A DNA stretch of 60,545 nt from Erysipelotrichaceae bacterium (GCA_045599505.1 JAZRWC010000067.1:1-60545), one strand, 5' to 3'; positions 20,427 through 31,933 are shown, numbered from the stretch's first letter. Translations and numbers: made by a program. The notes: generated from the letters alone by a model not told the origin.

Positions 20427-21821
20427 TTACTTCTTTTCAAACTTATAAATAGTTGTATGTTTTACCACCTTGTTAGGCTCAATGATTGAAGAAGGGAAAT
20501 TATTATGATGAACATTATCAGGATAATATTGAGTTTCTAAAGCTACCGCTTCATAGCTTTTGTATACAGCGCCATTTTTCCCGCCCTCTTCATTTAGGAA
20601 ATTGCCTGTATACATTTGAATGCCTGGCATATCAGTATAGATAGACATAATTGTCTCATCATTTCTTAATGCACCAGCAAATCTGATTGTTCCATCATAA
20701 TCGTTTATACAATAATTATGATCATATCCATTACCATATACTAATGGTAAATAATCTGCTTTGATATCTTTTGATAACTTTTTAGCTACAGTAAAATCCA
20801 TAGCTGTGTTTCTTATATCTAATAAGTTGCCATTTGGAATTAGATTACCATCTGTTTCAGTAACATAATCACAATTTAATACAACTTCATGATCTAATAC
20901 TGTACCTTTATCATGGCCATTTAGATTGAAATATGAATGTTGAGTTGGATTGAATACTGTCTTAGCATCTGAAATACATCGATAGTCAATTACTAAAGCT
21001 GAATTTTCAACAGTAAAGCTAACAGTAAACACTCTATTTCCTGGGAAATAATCATCTTCATTTTTAGCGATCGTTTCCATAACAACCTTATTACTTTCAA
21101 AGGATTTTACTTCATATATTCTCTTATCACATAGTTTGTGTGAGTGAAGATTATTTCCATTATTATTGATGACAAGATTATACTTTTTACCATCAATTTC
21201 CAAATCACCTTTAGCGATTCTATTTCCATTAGGGAAAATAGTTGATCCTAAATGTGGTCCATTATCGAAGTATCTTGTAATATCTTCATAGCCTAAAACT
21301 ACATCCTTACCATTAGGCAAGATAATGTTAGTGATATCAGCTCCATAATTAATAACTGATACCTTAATAGTTCCATCAGTAATTGTGTACTTGTATATAT
21401 CTTTATTATCAATAGTAGTAGTTAGATATTTTCTTTCTTCCATCTTTAATCTCTTTAATATTTCTTCATCAGCTGGGCAGAAATCATAATCATCGATTTC
21501 ATTTACAGTTATCCACTTTAAATCATTATGTTCTAATAGCTTTGGTGTACCTTGAGCTATTTTACAGTTAAACAGTGTTAAGTTTACTAGTAAATCAGGA
21601 TATTGGTGAAGAACTTCCATATAGCTTTCAAAAACATCAACTTTTATATCAAGCTCTTCGACACATTCTCTAATTAGAGCATCCTTTTTTGATTCATTGG
21701 GTTCAACCTTTCCTCCAACGAATTCCCACAATAATCCTCTAGCTTTATTAGCTGGTCTTTGACAAACCATAAATTTATCTTTATCCCATATTAGAGCGGC
21801 TACTACTTCAGTGACCTTCAT
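20427..21821 (-). CDS. fusion protein: N-terminal NUDIX (MutT-like) + C-terminal aldose 1-epimerase (mutarotase)
   Basis: Residues 1 to about 125 carry the Nudix box GGKVEPNESKKDALIRECVEELDI. Residues from about 135 to 464 carry mutarotase motifs (NGNRI, NLHSH, NPTQHSYFNL, ALETQYYPD). Confidence 0.75.
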   Translation of the reverse strand: MKVTEVVAALIWDKDKFMVCQRPANKARGLLWEFVGGKVEPNESKKDALIRECVEELDIKVDVFESYMEVLHQYPDLLVNLTLFNCKIAQGTPKLLEHNDLKWITVNEIDDYDFCPADEEILKRLKMEERKYLTTTIDNKDIYKYTITDGTIKVSVINYGADITNIILPNGKDVVLGYEDITRYFDNGPHLGSTIFPNGNRIAKGDLEIDGKKYNLVINNNGNNLHSHKLCDKRIYEVKSFESNKVVMETIAKNEDDYFPGNRVFTVSFTVENSALVIDYRCISDAKTVFNPTQHSYFNLNGHDKGTVLDHEVVLNCDYVTETDGNLIPNGNLLDIRNTAMDFTVAKKLSKDIKADYLPLVYGNGYDHNYCINDYDGTIRFAGALRNDETIMSIYTDMPGIQMYTGNFLNEEGGKNGAVYKSYEAVALETQYYPDNVHHNNFPSSIIEPNKVVKHTTIYKFEKK

Positions 21822-21879
21822 ATTAACACCTTCTTCTTATTAATTATACTTCATTTCCCATAATATAGATAACCCCATA

Positions 21880-21908
21880 AGAAAAGAAGGCTAATTACTA
21901 ACCTTCTT
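21880..21908 (-). terminator. intrinsic terminator after glgA
   Basis: AGAAGG/CCTTCT stem followed by UUUUCUU on the minus strand. Confidence 0.55.
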
Positions 21909-21914
21909 GATTTC

Positions 21915-23330
21915 CTATAATGTTGCGTATAATGCTTTATACTTCTTAGCTGAATTTTCCCAGCTAACATCTAATGCCATAGCTGAATCCTGTAAAGTCT
22001 TCCAATCAGCTTTGTTGTAATAATATACTTCAGTAGCTAATCTTAGTACATCTACTAATTCATTACCATTGAAGTTTCTGAATGAGAATCCTGTTCCTGA
22101 CTTGTCATACTGGTTATAAGGTAATACTGTATCACCTAAGCCACCAGTTTCTCTAACAAGAGGTAATGTACCATATCTCATTGCGATTAATTGAGAAATT
22201 CCACATGGTTCAAATAATGAAGGCATTAGTAATAAATCTAATCCACCATAAATTGAATGTGATAATTCTTCATTATAACCACAATAGAATACAGCTCTAT
22301 GAGGATAATCGTATTCAATCTGTCTGAAACGAGATTCAATATAGCTATCACCAGTACCTAAAATTACTAACTGGATATCTAATCCCATAATTCTATGCAT
22401 CTGGTCGATTAATAATGATGCTCCCTTTTGCCATGTTAATCTTGATACCATACCAACAAGTAATACATCATCAGCTACTCTTAATCCAAGCTTTTCCTGT
22501 ATTTCTCTCTTACAAACTTTCTTGTTTTCTCTATTTTCAGCATCGAATCTAGCAACTAAGCACTTGTCTGTTGCTGGATTCCAAGAGTTAACATCGATAC
22601 CGTTAACGATACCAACTAAGTCTTCAACTCTTGTCTTTAATACTTCCTGCATATTTTCACCGAATTCATCAGTTAAGATTTCGCCAGCATATGTTTCAGA
22701 TACTGTAGTAACCTTATCAGCAAACTTGATAGCAGCCTTCATATAGCTGATACCATCACCATTTCTGATGTCTCCGTTTTCATAATACATTCTATCTAAG
22801 TTGAAGTAACGTAGCATATCTGCTGGGTAATTACCCTGGAATAATAAGTTGTGAATAGTGAATACATGCTTAATATCGTTATTGTTGTATTCGCACTTGC
22901 ATAATACTGGGATCATACCTGTATGCCAGTCATGAGAATGGATAACATTTACTTCAAATGGAAGATACTGCATCATTTCTAATACAGCCTTTGCGAGGAA
23001 AGCGAATCTTTCGCCATCATCAACATATCCATATAAATCATCGCGATAGAAATAGTTATCCTGTCTAATGAAATAGTAATCAACTCCTGTTGAAGCTACT
23101 GTGTGATATAAATCAGCATCAGTAGAGATTAATCCTGATTCAACATGATGTCTTGTTACATATTCCATTTCAGAACACTTATCAACAATCTTCTTGTACA
23201 TTGGCATCATTACAGCTACTTGATGATCTTCATCATTTAAGCACTGTGGAAGAGAGCCAATAACGTCAGCTAGTCCGCCGCTCTTAACAAATGGTAAACC
23301 TTCACTCGCTGCAAATAAAATGCCTTTCAT
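21915..23330 (-). CDS. glgA: glycogen synthase
   Basis: N-terminus FAASEGLPFVKSGGLADV. GT5 family length. Located in the glg context. Confidence 0.95.
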   Translation of the reverse strand: MKGILFAASEGLPFVKSGGLADVIGSLPQCLNDEDHQVAVMMPMYKKIVDKCSEMEYVTRHHVESGLISTDADLYHTVASTGVDYYFIRQDNYFYRDDLYGYVDDGERFAFLAKAVLEMMQYLPFEVNVIHSHDWHTGMIPVLCKCEYNNNDIKHVFTIHNLLFQGNYPADMLRYFNLDRMYYENGDIRNGDGISYMKAAIKFADKVTTVSETYAGEILTDEFGENMQEVLKTRVEDLVGIVNGIDVNSWNPATDKCLVARFDAENRENKKVCKREIQEKLGLRVADDVLLVGMVSRLTWQKGASLLIDQMHRIMGLDIQLVILGTGDSYIESRFRQIEYDYPHRAVFYCGYNEELSHSIYGGLDLLLMPSLFEPCGISQLIAMRYGTLPLVRETGGLGDTVLPYNQYDKSGTGFSFRNFNGNELVDVLRLATEVYYYNKADWKTLQDSAMALDVSWENSAKKYKALYATL

Positions 23331-24448
23331 TAAATAGTATCCTTTCTTCTAACGTATAATACGTCATCTGCTGTTCCAACTAATTTGTTTACATGTTCTA
23401 CATGAGCACCCTTATCAACTACTACGTAGTCAACTTCAGAGTTTTCACCAATTACTGCACCAGGTAATAAGATAGAGTTCTTAACAACTGCACCCTTCTT
23501 AATCTTAACACCACGTCCTACAACGCAGTTTTCAACTGTACCCTGGATAACACAACCATTAGCTACATAAGAGTTCTTAACAGAAGCTGTTGGAGCATAG
23601 AATGCTGGAGCACTGTCGCTAGTCTTAGTGTAGATTGGCCAATTTTTACCGAACATTGAGTATGCTACATCATATTCTAATACCTGCATATTGTTGTAGA
23701 AATATTCCTGTAATGAATTGATGCATCCTAAATATCCTTCATATCTGTAACCAACAACATTGTAGTAATTTACATAGTCAACAATGTAATCAGTTAAGCT
23801 GTAAATTGAAGAGATTGAGCTTGCTGTATCAACGATTTCAACAAACTTATCCTTAGTCATTACGTATGTTTCTAAAGAGATATACTTCTGACTAACTGCA
23901 GCTGCGTTAATCTTGAATTCAGTAATTCTGTTATCGCCTGCTAAGAAGTCACATTCAACACAGCCAACGAAATGCTTATCAGCATCTGTTACTTCCTTGA
24001 ATACACAAGTGATATCAGCACCAGTTGCTGCATGCTGCTTAACTACATCACGATAATCAATCATATTGATCATGTAGCTTGGAGTAATAACAACATAATC
24101 TTCCTTGCATTCTAAGATTTCTTCCATGCTTTCTTCTAATAAAGCTACATCTGTTGAGTAAATCCTAGAGCTGCTTCTCTTTTCACTAGTTAAAATCTGT
24201 AATAATCCATGCTTTGGATTAATATCATATTGAGATCCATTACCGATATGCTCGATTAATGAACGATTCTTTTCCTTAGCTAAAATCTTAATCTGGTCAA
24301 TTCCTGAATTAACCATGTTAGAAATAGTAAAGTCAACTACACGATATCTTCCTAAGAAAGACATTGCAGGTACTGTTCTGTATTCAGATAAGCCTTCTAC
24401 ATGAACGCGATCGTTTTCAAAGTTTACGATACCTAAAATTCCATTCAT
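23330..24448 (-). CDS. glgD: glucose-1-phosphate adenylyltransferase subunit GlgD
   Basis: A GlgC paralogue lacking the GGxGxRL motif, placed between glgC and glgA as in Firmicutes. Confidence 0.85.
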   Translation of the reverse strand: MNGILGIVNFENDRVHVEGLSEYRTVPAMSFLGRYRVVDFTISNMVNSGIDQIKILAKEKNRSLIEHIGNGSQYDINPKHGLLQILTSEKRSSSRIYSTDVALLEESMEEILECKEDYVVITPSYMINMIDYRDVVKQHAATGADITCVFKEVTDADKHFVGCVECDFLAGDNRITEFKINAAAVSQKYISLETYVMTKDKFVEIVDTASSISSIYSLTDYIVDYVNYYNVVGYRYEGYLGCINSLQEYFYNNMQVLEYDVAYSMFGKNWPIYTKTSDSAPAFYAPTASVKNSYVANGCVIQGTVENCVVGRGVKIKKGAVVKNSILLPGAVIGENSEVDYVVVDKGAHVEHVNKLVGTADDVLYVRRKDTI

Positions 24449-24449
24449 C

Positions 24450-25571
24450 TTAAGCTACCTCCTTTTCTGTAATTAAGCAAACCTTTTCAGGTGTACCAAT
24501 TTCAGCGTTTTCCTTAACTGTTAAGCCTTCAGAAACGATACAATGAACAACCTTTGCACCCTTCTTGATAGTTACATTAGGCATGATTACTGAATCAACT
24601 ACTTCAGCGCCTTCCTCAATTCTTACATCCTGGAATACAACTGATCCATTTACCTTACCATAAACTACACAGCCCTGGTTGATTAATGAACGAGTGATTT
24701 CAGCAGTATTACTAATATATTGTGGAGTAGTGATCTGGTCTTCAGTATAGATCTTCCAATTATCATCAGATAAATTTAATGGATTTTCTTCTACTAATAA
24801 GTCCATATTAGCTTCCCATAATGAATCGATAGTTCCAACGTCTTTCCAATAACCCTTGAATGGATAAGCGTAGATCTTCTTGCCTTCGTTTAGTAATGAA
24901 GGAATGATGTTCTTACCAAAGTCATTTGAAGTATCAGTCTTAGCTGCATCTTCGATTAAGGCTTTTCTTAATGTTGGATATGAGAAGATATAGATACCCA
25001 TACTTGCTAAGTTGTTCTTAGGTACAGGTGGCTTTTCCTCGAATTCATAAATTGAATTGTCTGGATTAGTGTTCATGATACCAAAACGCTTAGCTTCTTC
25101 TAATGTAACAGTTAAACCAGCGATAGTAACATCAGCGCCCTTTTCCTTATGGAATGATAACATTTCATCATAGTCCATCTTATAGATGTGGTCACCAGAT
25201 AAAATTAAAACGTATTCAGGATTGTACTGATCCATGAATTCAATGTTCTGATAAATTGCGTCTGCAGTACCCTTATATAAACCGAATCCTGTTTCCTTTT
25301 CTCTAGGAGATAGAACGAATGTACCAGCGTTTCTGCCAGATAATCCCCATGTAGATCCCTTAGATACATAAGAGCTTAATAAAATTGATTCATACTGTGT
25401 TAATACACCGACATAATTGATCTTTGAGTTTGCACAATTACTCAAAGGGAAGTCGATAATACGATACTTTCCTCCATAATAAACAGCTGGCTTAGCAGTC
25501 TTTGTTGTTAAATCGAATAATCTTGTTCCTCTACCACCAGCTAATATCATGGCTAACATTTCTGTTTTCAT
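24450..25571 (-). CDS. glgC: glucose-1-phosphate adenylyltransferase
   Basis: [12 protein letters not shown]...[13 protein letters not shown] signature. Confidence 0.95.
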   Translation of the reverse strand: MKTEMLAMILAGGRGTRLFDLTTKTAKPAVYYGGKYRIIDFPLSNCANSKINYVGVLTQYESILLSSYVSKGSTWGLSGRNAGTFVLSPREKETGFGLYKGTADAIYQNIEFMDQYNPEYVLILSGDHIYKMDYDEMLSFHKEKGADVTIAGLTVTLEEAKRFGIMNTNPDNSIYEFEEKPPVPKNNLASMGIYIFSYPTLRKALIEDAAKTDTSNDFGKNIIPSLLNEGKKIYAYPFKGYWKDVGTIDSLWEANMDLLVEENPLNLSDDNWKIYTEDQITTPQYISNTAEITRSLINQGCVVYGKVNGSVVFQDVRIEEGAEVVDSVIMPNVTIKKGAKVVHCIVSEGLTVKENAEIGTPEKVCLITEKEVA

Positions 25572-25647
25572 AAATTATCCCACCATTCTATTATTTCTAC
25601 ATTCTATGTAGTTCAATTAATTACTAACATTGTAACACATATTATTA

Positions 25648-25662
25648 TGGTTGCGCTTTCAA
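25648..25662 (-). promoter_or_regulatory. candidate catabolite-responsive element (cre) upstream of glgC
   Basis: The minus-strand sequence TTGAAAGCGCAACCA fits WTGNAANCGNWNNCW at all constrained positions. Confidence 0.35.
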
Positions 25663-25667
25663 ATTTG

Positions 25668-26879
25668 TTACTTTTTAAACATTTCTCGCACTATAGAAAT
25701 GAAATATAGCGAACCGGTAATAATCACTGTCTTATTAGTGTTTAAGGCATACTCAATAGCCTTATTGTAGTCACTAATAGCCTTTACATCGAACCCATAC
25801 GCTAAGTTTTCTGCTGTTTCCTTACGAGCGTTTTCGAATTCAGTGACAATTACTTCACCTCTTTCAACAAGCATCGCTAGCATCTTCTTATATTCCTTAT
25901 CTCTTAAGGCGCTAAATACGATGACATATTCCTTATCTAGAGCATCTAATGAAGCGCATAGTTTTTCTACACCATTATCATTATGAGCTCCATCAATAAT
26001 TACTTCGGGATCTAAAGATACTCTTTCAAATCTTCCCGCCCATAAACATTGCAAGCCATTAAGAATATCTTCTTCACTTACCTTAACTAATTCCTTTTCA
26101 TTTAGGTAATCGATTAGTTCAACAGCAGCGCTTGAATTTAAACATTGATATACCGCCTGATTTGGAATGCTTAAATGATGATTTTTATAGTCGTATTCGA
26201 TATGATCAGTTACCACAACGTTTTTAGGCTCATCTGTCAAAATTAAATTGCCATGCTTTTCTTCTATTACCTTTTTAAACACATCAACTGCTTCACCCTT
26301 CTTTTCGAATGTAACAACAGTTAATCCTTCCTTGATAATACCAGCTTTTTCATAGGCAATCTTTTCGATTGTGTCACCTAATATTCTCATATGATCCATC
26401 TCAATATTAGTAATTACTGAACCAATTGGATCAATAATATTTGTGGCATCTAATCTTCCACCTAAACCTACTTCATAAACAACATAATCAACATTGTTAT
26501 CTAAAAAGTAGTTGATTGAGATGATCATATCAATTTCAAACATTGATAAGTCATGTTCATCCCACTCTTCTTTGTATTTGTTACAAATATCGATGAAGTA
26601 GTTTTCATCAATATTTACATCATTAATTCTAATTCTATCTAAATGAGTAACTAAATGTGGTGAAGTGAAGCTACCTACCTTATAACCAGCAGCCTGTAAG
26701 ATGCTACGGATATAATTGGTTGTTGACCCCTTACCATTAGTACCAGCTACATGAATACACTTTAACTTTCTTTGAGGATTGCCGATTAAATCGATATAAC
26801 TGCGATAGTCTGAATACTCATGAAAGCTTTTTCTTCTATTCATCACCCAACTTAATGTTTCATCAATATTAGTAAACAT
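25668..26879 (-). CDS. folC: bifunctional folylpolyglutamate synthase / dihydrofolate synthase
   Basis: P-loop HVAGTNGKGST and the Mur-ligase fold pattern. Confidence 0.85.
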   Translation of the reverse strand: MFTNIDETLSWVMNRRKSFHEYSDYRSYIDLIGNPQRKLKCIHVAGTNGKGSTTNYIRSILQAAGYKVGSFTSPHLVTHLDRIRINDVNIDENYFIDICNKYKEEWDEHDLSMFEIDMIISINYFLDNNVDYVVYEVGLGGRLDATNIIDPIGSVITNIEMDHMRILGDTIEKIAYEKAGIIKEGLTVVTFEKKGEAVDVFKKVIEEKHGNLILTDEPKNVVVTDHIEYDYKNHHLSIPNQAVYQCLNSSAAVELIDYLNEKELVKVSEEDILNGLQCLWAGRFERVSLDPEVIIDGAHNDNGVEKLCASLDALDKEYVIVFSALRDKEYKKMLAMLVERGEVIVTEFENARKETAENLAYGFDVKAISDYNKAIEYALNTNKTVIITGSLYFISIVREMFKK

Positions 26880-26880
26880 C

Positions 26881-27540
26881 CTACATCCTCCAATCTATCT
26901 GGCTTAAGCCATTATTTTTCAAATACTCATTAGCCTTCTTAAAATGACCATTACCAAAGAAGCCACGATATGCGCTTAATGGTGATGGATGAGCGCTGGT
27001 CAAAACTAGATGTTTCTTGTTTTTTAGTAATGCCTTTTTACTTATGGCGTTAGATCCCCATAATAAGAATACGATAGGTTGATCCAAGCTATCTAAATAT
27101 TCGATGACATGATCTGTAAAGATTTCCCAACCTCTTCCTTTATGAGAATTAGCTAACCCTTCTTGAACAGTTAATACCGTATTTAGTAACATTACTCCTT
27201 GACTTGCCCATCTTTCCAAGTAACCATTTTTGCTCATCTTAATTCCATATTCATCTTCAATTTCTTTATAAATATTAACCAAAGATGGTGGAAGCTTGAC
27301 TCCTGGTTTTACCGCAAAGGCTAAACCACAAGCCTGGTTAACTTCATGATATGGGTCCTGACCTAAAATAAATACCTTAACCTTATCTACATCTGTGAAC
27401 CTGAATCCATTAAAAACGTCTCTTTTTATTGGGAAGATTGTCTTATTTGCGTACTCTTCCTTCAAAAAAGAGGACAATTTTTTAAAATAATCCTGTTCAA
27501 ACTCATTTTTTAAAAAACTATCCCAACTTTTATTTATCAT
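26881..27540 (-). CDS. ung: uracil-DNA glycosylase (family 1)
   Basis: Motifs GQDPYH and HPSPLSA. Confidence 0.95.
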   Translation of the reverse strand: MINKSWDSFLKNEFEQDYFKKLSSFLKEEYANKTIFPIKRDVFNGFRFTDVDKVKVFILGQDPYHEVNQACGLAFAVKPGVKLPPSLVNIYKEIEDEYGIKMSKNGYLERWASQGVMLLNTVLTVQEGLANSHKGRGWEIFTDHVIEYLDSLDQPIVFLLWGSNAISKKALLKNKKHLVLTSAHPSPLSAYRGFFGNGHFKKANEYLKNNGLSQIDWRM

Positions 27541-27542
27541 TA

Positions 27543-29513
27543 TTAATTACTTCCCAAAACTAATGTTTCCAAAGCTTTGACTGTTACGCTATCTTCAACT
27601 ACTTCATTTTTCAAAGTACCCTTATCACATAAGATGACTTTTGAACCATCAAACTTATAAGTGTACTCATGAGTAGTTGCGTTAATTAAGATGGTTAAAG
27701 AATCTACCTTGTAGATAATAACACCATCTACTACTTCAGCATCAACTTTCCTAGCGTTAGAAATATGATACTTCTTCTTTAAATAGATAATACTAGCAGT
27801 ATGCTCGATAACATCCTTATATCCTAATTTCATTTCATCAGTCAATTTATTGACCTCTTCTGGTCCATTATAAGTGTTATCTAGACCCCTTTTACTTAGA
27901 CAGTATTCTTGTCCTGCATGGATAAATGATACTCCCTGAGCTAATAAAACGCAGTCTAAAATGACCTTTGTTCTATCGATTAACTGCTGTTTTGTTTCAT
28001 TAATACAGCATGAACATAGCTTGTCGTAACAAGTCATATTGTCATGGCATTCTGCGTAGTTGATGCTTCTACTAGGATCACCACCAAAGCGATTTCCTAA
28101 TAATACATCCTTAGCTTTACTAGCTAGCCAGCTATTACCACTGCCATAGCCAGTTGAAGTTGCACTGAATGTGCTTCCCTTAATTGTGTCCCTAAACTCA
28201 TCGTTAAAGAAACCGATTTCTGGTAGCTTATCCATATTATCATAATGAGCTAGCTTTGACTTATCGCAACCAGCATTCATTACCCAACCTTCACCATATA
28301 ACATTACATCTTCCTTGATGACCTTTAATGACTTTAATGCTTCATTGATTGTCTCTACATCAATAAAGCCCATTAAGTCAAAGCGGAATCCATCAATATC
28401 AAATTCATTAACATAATACTTTAATGTATCGATGATGAACTTTCTATGCATTGGTAAAGCACTATCGCACTCTGAACCACAGAATGTGCCTTCAGCTAAT
28501 TGTCCCTTTTCATCATAACGATAATAGTAATAAGGAACGCACTTATTTAAGTTAGAGCGATAAGCATAATAATGATGATTGAATACGACATCAAGATTTA
28601 CTCTAATGCCACGCTTATGTAAGTTGGTAACTAACTGCTTAAACTCATCTCTCACCTTTAATGGTTCAGCAGGATTAGAGCTATAGCTACCATCTAACAC
28701 CTGATAATTTACTGGATCATAACCCCAGTTGTAATATAAATCCTTATGGTAGTCATTAACGCTACCAAAGTCATTTACTGGTAATAATTGAACATGAGTG
28801 ATACCTAAATCCTCAATGTAATCAAGATCTTCACTCATTGCGACAAATGTACCATCGCTAGTTACATCTCTAACAGATAACTCATAAATGATACTATCGC
28901 GCTTATTTACCTTTGGTAGTTCAACCCTTTTTACAGGTGATAAAGCCACTACCACACTATCTTTACCATTAGCTGTCACTGCCTTAGAATATGGATCTGT
29001 TGTCTCAAAAGTTTCTCCATTAACGCTAACGATATAATGATATATACTACCAGTCAAATCACCAGAAAAAGCCAAGGCATATGTACCTTGTTCTTTTCTG
29101 TTCATTTTAAACACCTTATCATTGATGCATAATAAGACGCTACTTGCTGTAGGTGCCCACAACTTGAATGAAGTAATAGATGGACTAGCTACAGCTCCTA
29201 AGTCTTTACCGCCATAGTAGAATTCTTCGTTAAAACGATCACTCTTAACAATGAAACGATAAACTAAAGGAACTGTATAACCATTTACCATCATAACATC
29301 ATATGGTTTAGATATTTCGATATCCCCATCATATGTTAGGTTATATTCAACCCTATCGGATTTTGAGTTAATTGAAACAACTTTTAGCTCAATAATTTCA
29401 TCATTATAAACCAAATGAAACTTCTCGCTTACTCCATTGCATAATCTTTTGGATATAGTCACCTTTATTTGATTATAATCATCTAAATATGCTTGTGACA
29501 GATAACCATTCAT
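27543..29513 (-). CDS. pulA: type I pullulanase / glycogen debranching enzyme (GH13)
   Basis: YNWGYDP, GFRFDLMG, YGEGW and ECHDN, the conserved GH13 regions of pullulanases. Confidence 0.85.
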   Translation of the reverse strand: MNGYLSQAYLDDYNQIKVTISKRLCNGVSEKFHLVYNDEIIELKVVSINSKSDRVEYNLTYDGDIEISKPYDVMMVNGYTVPLVYRFIVKSDRFNEEFYYGGKDLGAVASPSITSFKLWAPTASSVLLCINDKVFKMNRKEQGTYALAFSGDLTGSIYHYIVSVNGETFETTDPYSKAVTANGKDSVVVALSPVKRVELPKVNKRDSIIYELSVRDVTSDGTFVAMSEDLDYIEDLGITHVQLLPVNDFGSVNDYHKDLYYNWGYDPVNYQVLDGSYSSNPAEPLKVRDEFKQLVTNLHKRGIRVNLDVVFNHHYYAYRSNLNKCVPYYYYRYDEKGQLAEGTFCGSECDSALPMHRKFIIDTLKYYVNEFDIDGFRFDLMGFIDVETINEALKSLKVIKEDVMLYGEGWVMNAGCDKSKLAHYDNMDKLPEIGFFNDEFRDTIKGSTFSATSTGYGSGNSWLASKAKDVLLGNRFGGDPSRSINYAECHDNMTCYDKLCSCCINETKQQLIDRTKVILDCVLLAQGVSFIHAGQEYCLSKRGLDNTYNGPEEVNKLTDEMKLGYKDVIEHTASIIYLKKKYHISNARKVDAEVVDGVIIYKVDSLTILINATTHEYTYKFDGSKVILCDKGTLKNEVVEDSVTVKALETLVLGSN

Positions 29514-29515
29514 AA

Positions 29516-31915
29516 TTAAAATTTAATCTCCTCTAAATGCCAAATATCTCTGTTATATTCGCCAATTGTTCTATCAGATGAGAAGAATCCTGACTGAGCA
29601 ATATTTGCTAAACACTTCTTAGTGAATTCTCTTCTATTTCTGTATAAATCATTAACCTGCTTTTGTGCATCCTTATAAGCATGGAAGTCAGCTAATAAGA
29701 AGAATTCGTCATTTCTATATAAGATTTCATCAAAGATACTTCTGAATTCATCTCTATTTTCAGCGAATGTTCCATCTACTAATGAATCCATAATGTTTCT
29801 GATTGTTTCATCATTTCTATAGATTTCCATTGCGTTATAGCCAGAATTCCTAAGCTGATTGATTTCTTCAACAGTCTTACCAAAGATTGCGATGTTATCA
29901 TCTCCAACGTTTTCTCTAATTTCAACGTTAGCACCATCTAATGTACCTAATGTGATAGCACCATTCATCATTAACTTCATGTTACCAGTACCACTAGCTT
30001 CCTTACCAGCTGTAGAAATCTGTTCAGAAACATCTGCAGCGTTTAATAAAATTTCAGCTAAAGATACACGGTAGTTAGGTAAGAATACTACCTTAATAAA
30101 CTTGTTAACCTGCGGATCGTTATTGATTACTCTACTTAATGTGTTGATTAACTGGATAACCTTCTTAGCGAATACATAGCTTGGTGCTGCCTTAGCACTA
30201 AACATAAATGTTGTTGGTACCATATCAAAATCAGGATTGTTCTTGATCTGCTGGTATAAGTAGATGATATGCATACAATTTAACATCTGTCTCTTATATG
30301 CATGTAATCTCTTAGCCTGTACGTCAAAGATGCTATCTGGATCAACATCAATATTCATAGTTCTCTTGATGTAATCTGCTAAGATAACCTTTCTTTCACG
30401 CTTAACAGCTTGGAACTTTTCGATTAATTCATCATCTTCGATATGTTCATTAAGCTTAGATAAATCTGTTAAATTTCTTGTAAAGCTATCACCGATAGTT
30501 TCCTTTAATAAAGAAGTTAACTGAGGGTTAGAATATAATAACCATCTTCTATGAGTGATACCGTTTGTCTTATTGTTGAACTTTTCTGGATATAAGCGAT
30601 AGAAGTCCTTCATTACATCATCCTTTAAGATTTCAGTATGAATTCTAGCTACACCATTAATAGAGAATACAGTAGCGTCAGCCATATGTGACATATGAAC
30701 CTGACCATCCTTGATGATAGCTACTCTATTAGCTAATTCATAATCGTTTGTCTTGCTTACTACTTCAGCTCTGAATCTGTTATCGATTTCCTTAATTAAT
30801 AAGTATACTCTTGGTAAAAGCTTACTAATCATTCTTTCAGGCCACTTTTCTAAAGCTTCCTGCATGATTGTGTGGTTTGTATAAGCAACTGTATGCTGAA
30901 CGATATCCCAAGCCTTATCCCAGCTGTATCCGTGCTCATCAAGCATAATTCTCATTAATTCTGGGATGATTAAAATTGGATGAGTATCATTTAACTGAAT
31001 AACAACCTTATCAGCTAAGTTATCTAATGTGCCATACTTACGTAAATGTGCACCTAAAATAGACTGTAAACCAGCACTTACGAAGAAGTATTCCTGCTTA
31101 ATTCTTAACATTCTTCCATCTTCAGTTGAGTCATCTGGATATACGTTCTGACAAATTCTATTTACATCTGTGATATATGGAATGAAATCCTGGCCAGCTG
31201 GGCTGTTTTCACTAGCTTCTGGCTTCCATAATCTTAATGTGTTTACACACTTATTGTTTGCACCGATTACTGGTACATCATATGGAACAGCCTTAACAAC
31301 CTGAGCGTTAACATGCTTAACGTCCATGATGCCATCTTCTCTCCAATATGTTTCAACATTACCATAGAACTTAACTTCTACAGCATGTCTGATATTTCTT
31401 GTTTCCCATGGGTTACCATAATGTAACCAAATATCAGGTACTTCTACCTGCTTATCATTTTCAATTAACTGTTTGAATAAACCATATTCATAACGAATAG
31501 AGTTACCATGTCCAGGTAATCCTAATGTAGCTAATGAATCTAAGAAACATGCTGCAAGTCTACCTAAACCACCGTTACCTAAACCAGCATCTGTTTCTGT
31601 CTCTTCTAGCTCGTTCAAGTCAAATCCTAATTCTTCTAATCCTTCCTTAACGATATTGTAGATACCTAAATTTAACAAGTTGCTTGTTAATAATCTACCG
31701 ATTAAGAATTCCATAGAGAAGTAGAATAACTGCTTCTGCTCATTCTTGTTTACTGAATCCTTTGATTCCTTCCAATTGATGTTTGCATAATCTCTAACCA
31801 TTTCACCTAATGTAAGGTATCTTTCAGATGGATAAGACTTACTAACATCATGTCCATAAATCTCAACAATCTTTTCGCAGAAACGTGCCTTGAATTGTTC
31901 CTTTGTACTAAACAT
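29516..31915 (-). CDS. glgP: glycogen/maltodextrin phosphorylase
   Basis: GT35 signature EASGTGNMKLMMNGA (PLP lysine region). 799 aa. Confidence 0.95.
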   Translation of the reverse strand: MFSTKEQFKARFCEKIVEIYGHDVSKSYPSERYLTLGEMVRDYANINWKESKDSVNKNEQKQLFYFSMEFLIGRLLTSNLLNLGIYNIVKEGLEELGFDLNELEETETDAGLGNGGLGRLAACFLDSLATLGLPGHGNSIRYEYGLFKQLIENDKQVEVPDIWLHYGNPWETRNIRHAVEVKFYGNVETYWREDGIMDVKHVNAQVVKAVPYDVPVIGANNKCVNTLRLWKPEASENSPAGQDFIPYITDVNRICQNVYPDDSTEDGRMLRIKQEYFFVSAGLQSILGAHLRKYGTLDNLADKVVIQLNDTHPILIIPELMRIMLDEHGYSWDKAWDIVQHTVAYTNHTIMQEALEKWPERMISKLLPRVYLLIKEIDNRFRAEVVSKTNDYELANRVAIIKDGQVHMSHMADATVFSINGVARIHTEILKDDVMKDFYRLYPEKFNNKTNGITHRRWLLYSNPQLTSLLKETIGDSFTRNLTDLSKLNEHIEDDELIEKFQAVKRERKVILADYIKRTMNIDVDPDSIFDVQAKRLHAYKRQMLNCMHIIYLYQQIKNNPDFDMVPTTFMFSAKAAPSYVFAKKVIQLINTLSRVINNDPQVNKFIKVVFLPNYRVSLAEILLNAADVSEQISTAGKEASGTGNMKLMMNGAITLGTLDGANVEIRENVGDDNIAIFGKTVEEINQLRNSGYNAMEIYRNDETIRNIMDSLVDGTFAENRDEFRSIFDEILYRNDEFFLLADFHAYKDAQKQVNDLYRNRREFTKKCLANIAQSGFFSSDRTIGEYNRDIWHLEEIKF

Positions 31916-31933
31916 TTTTTCTTTCCCCTTCGC

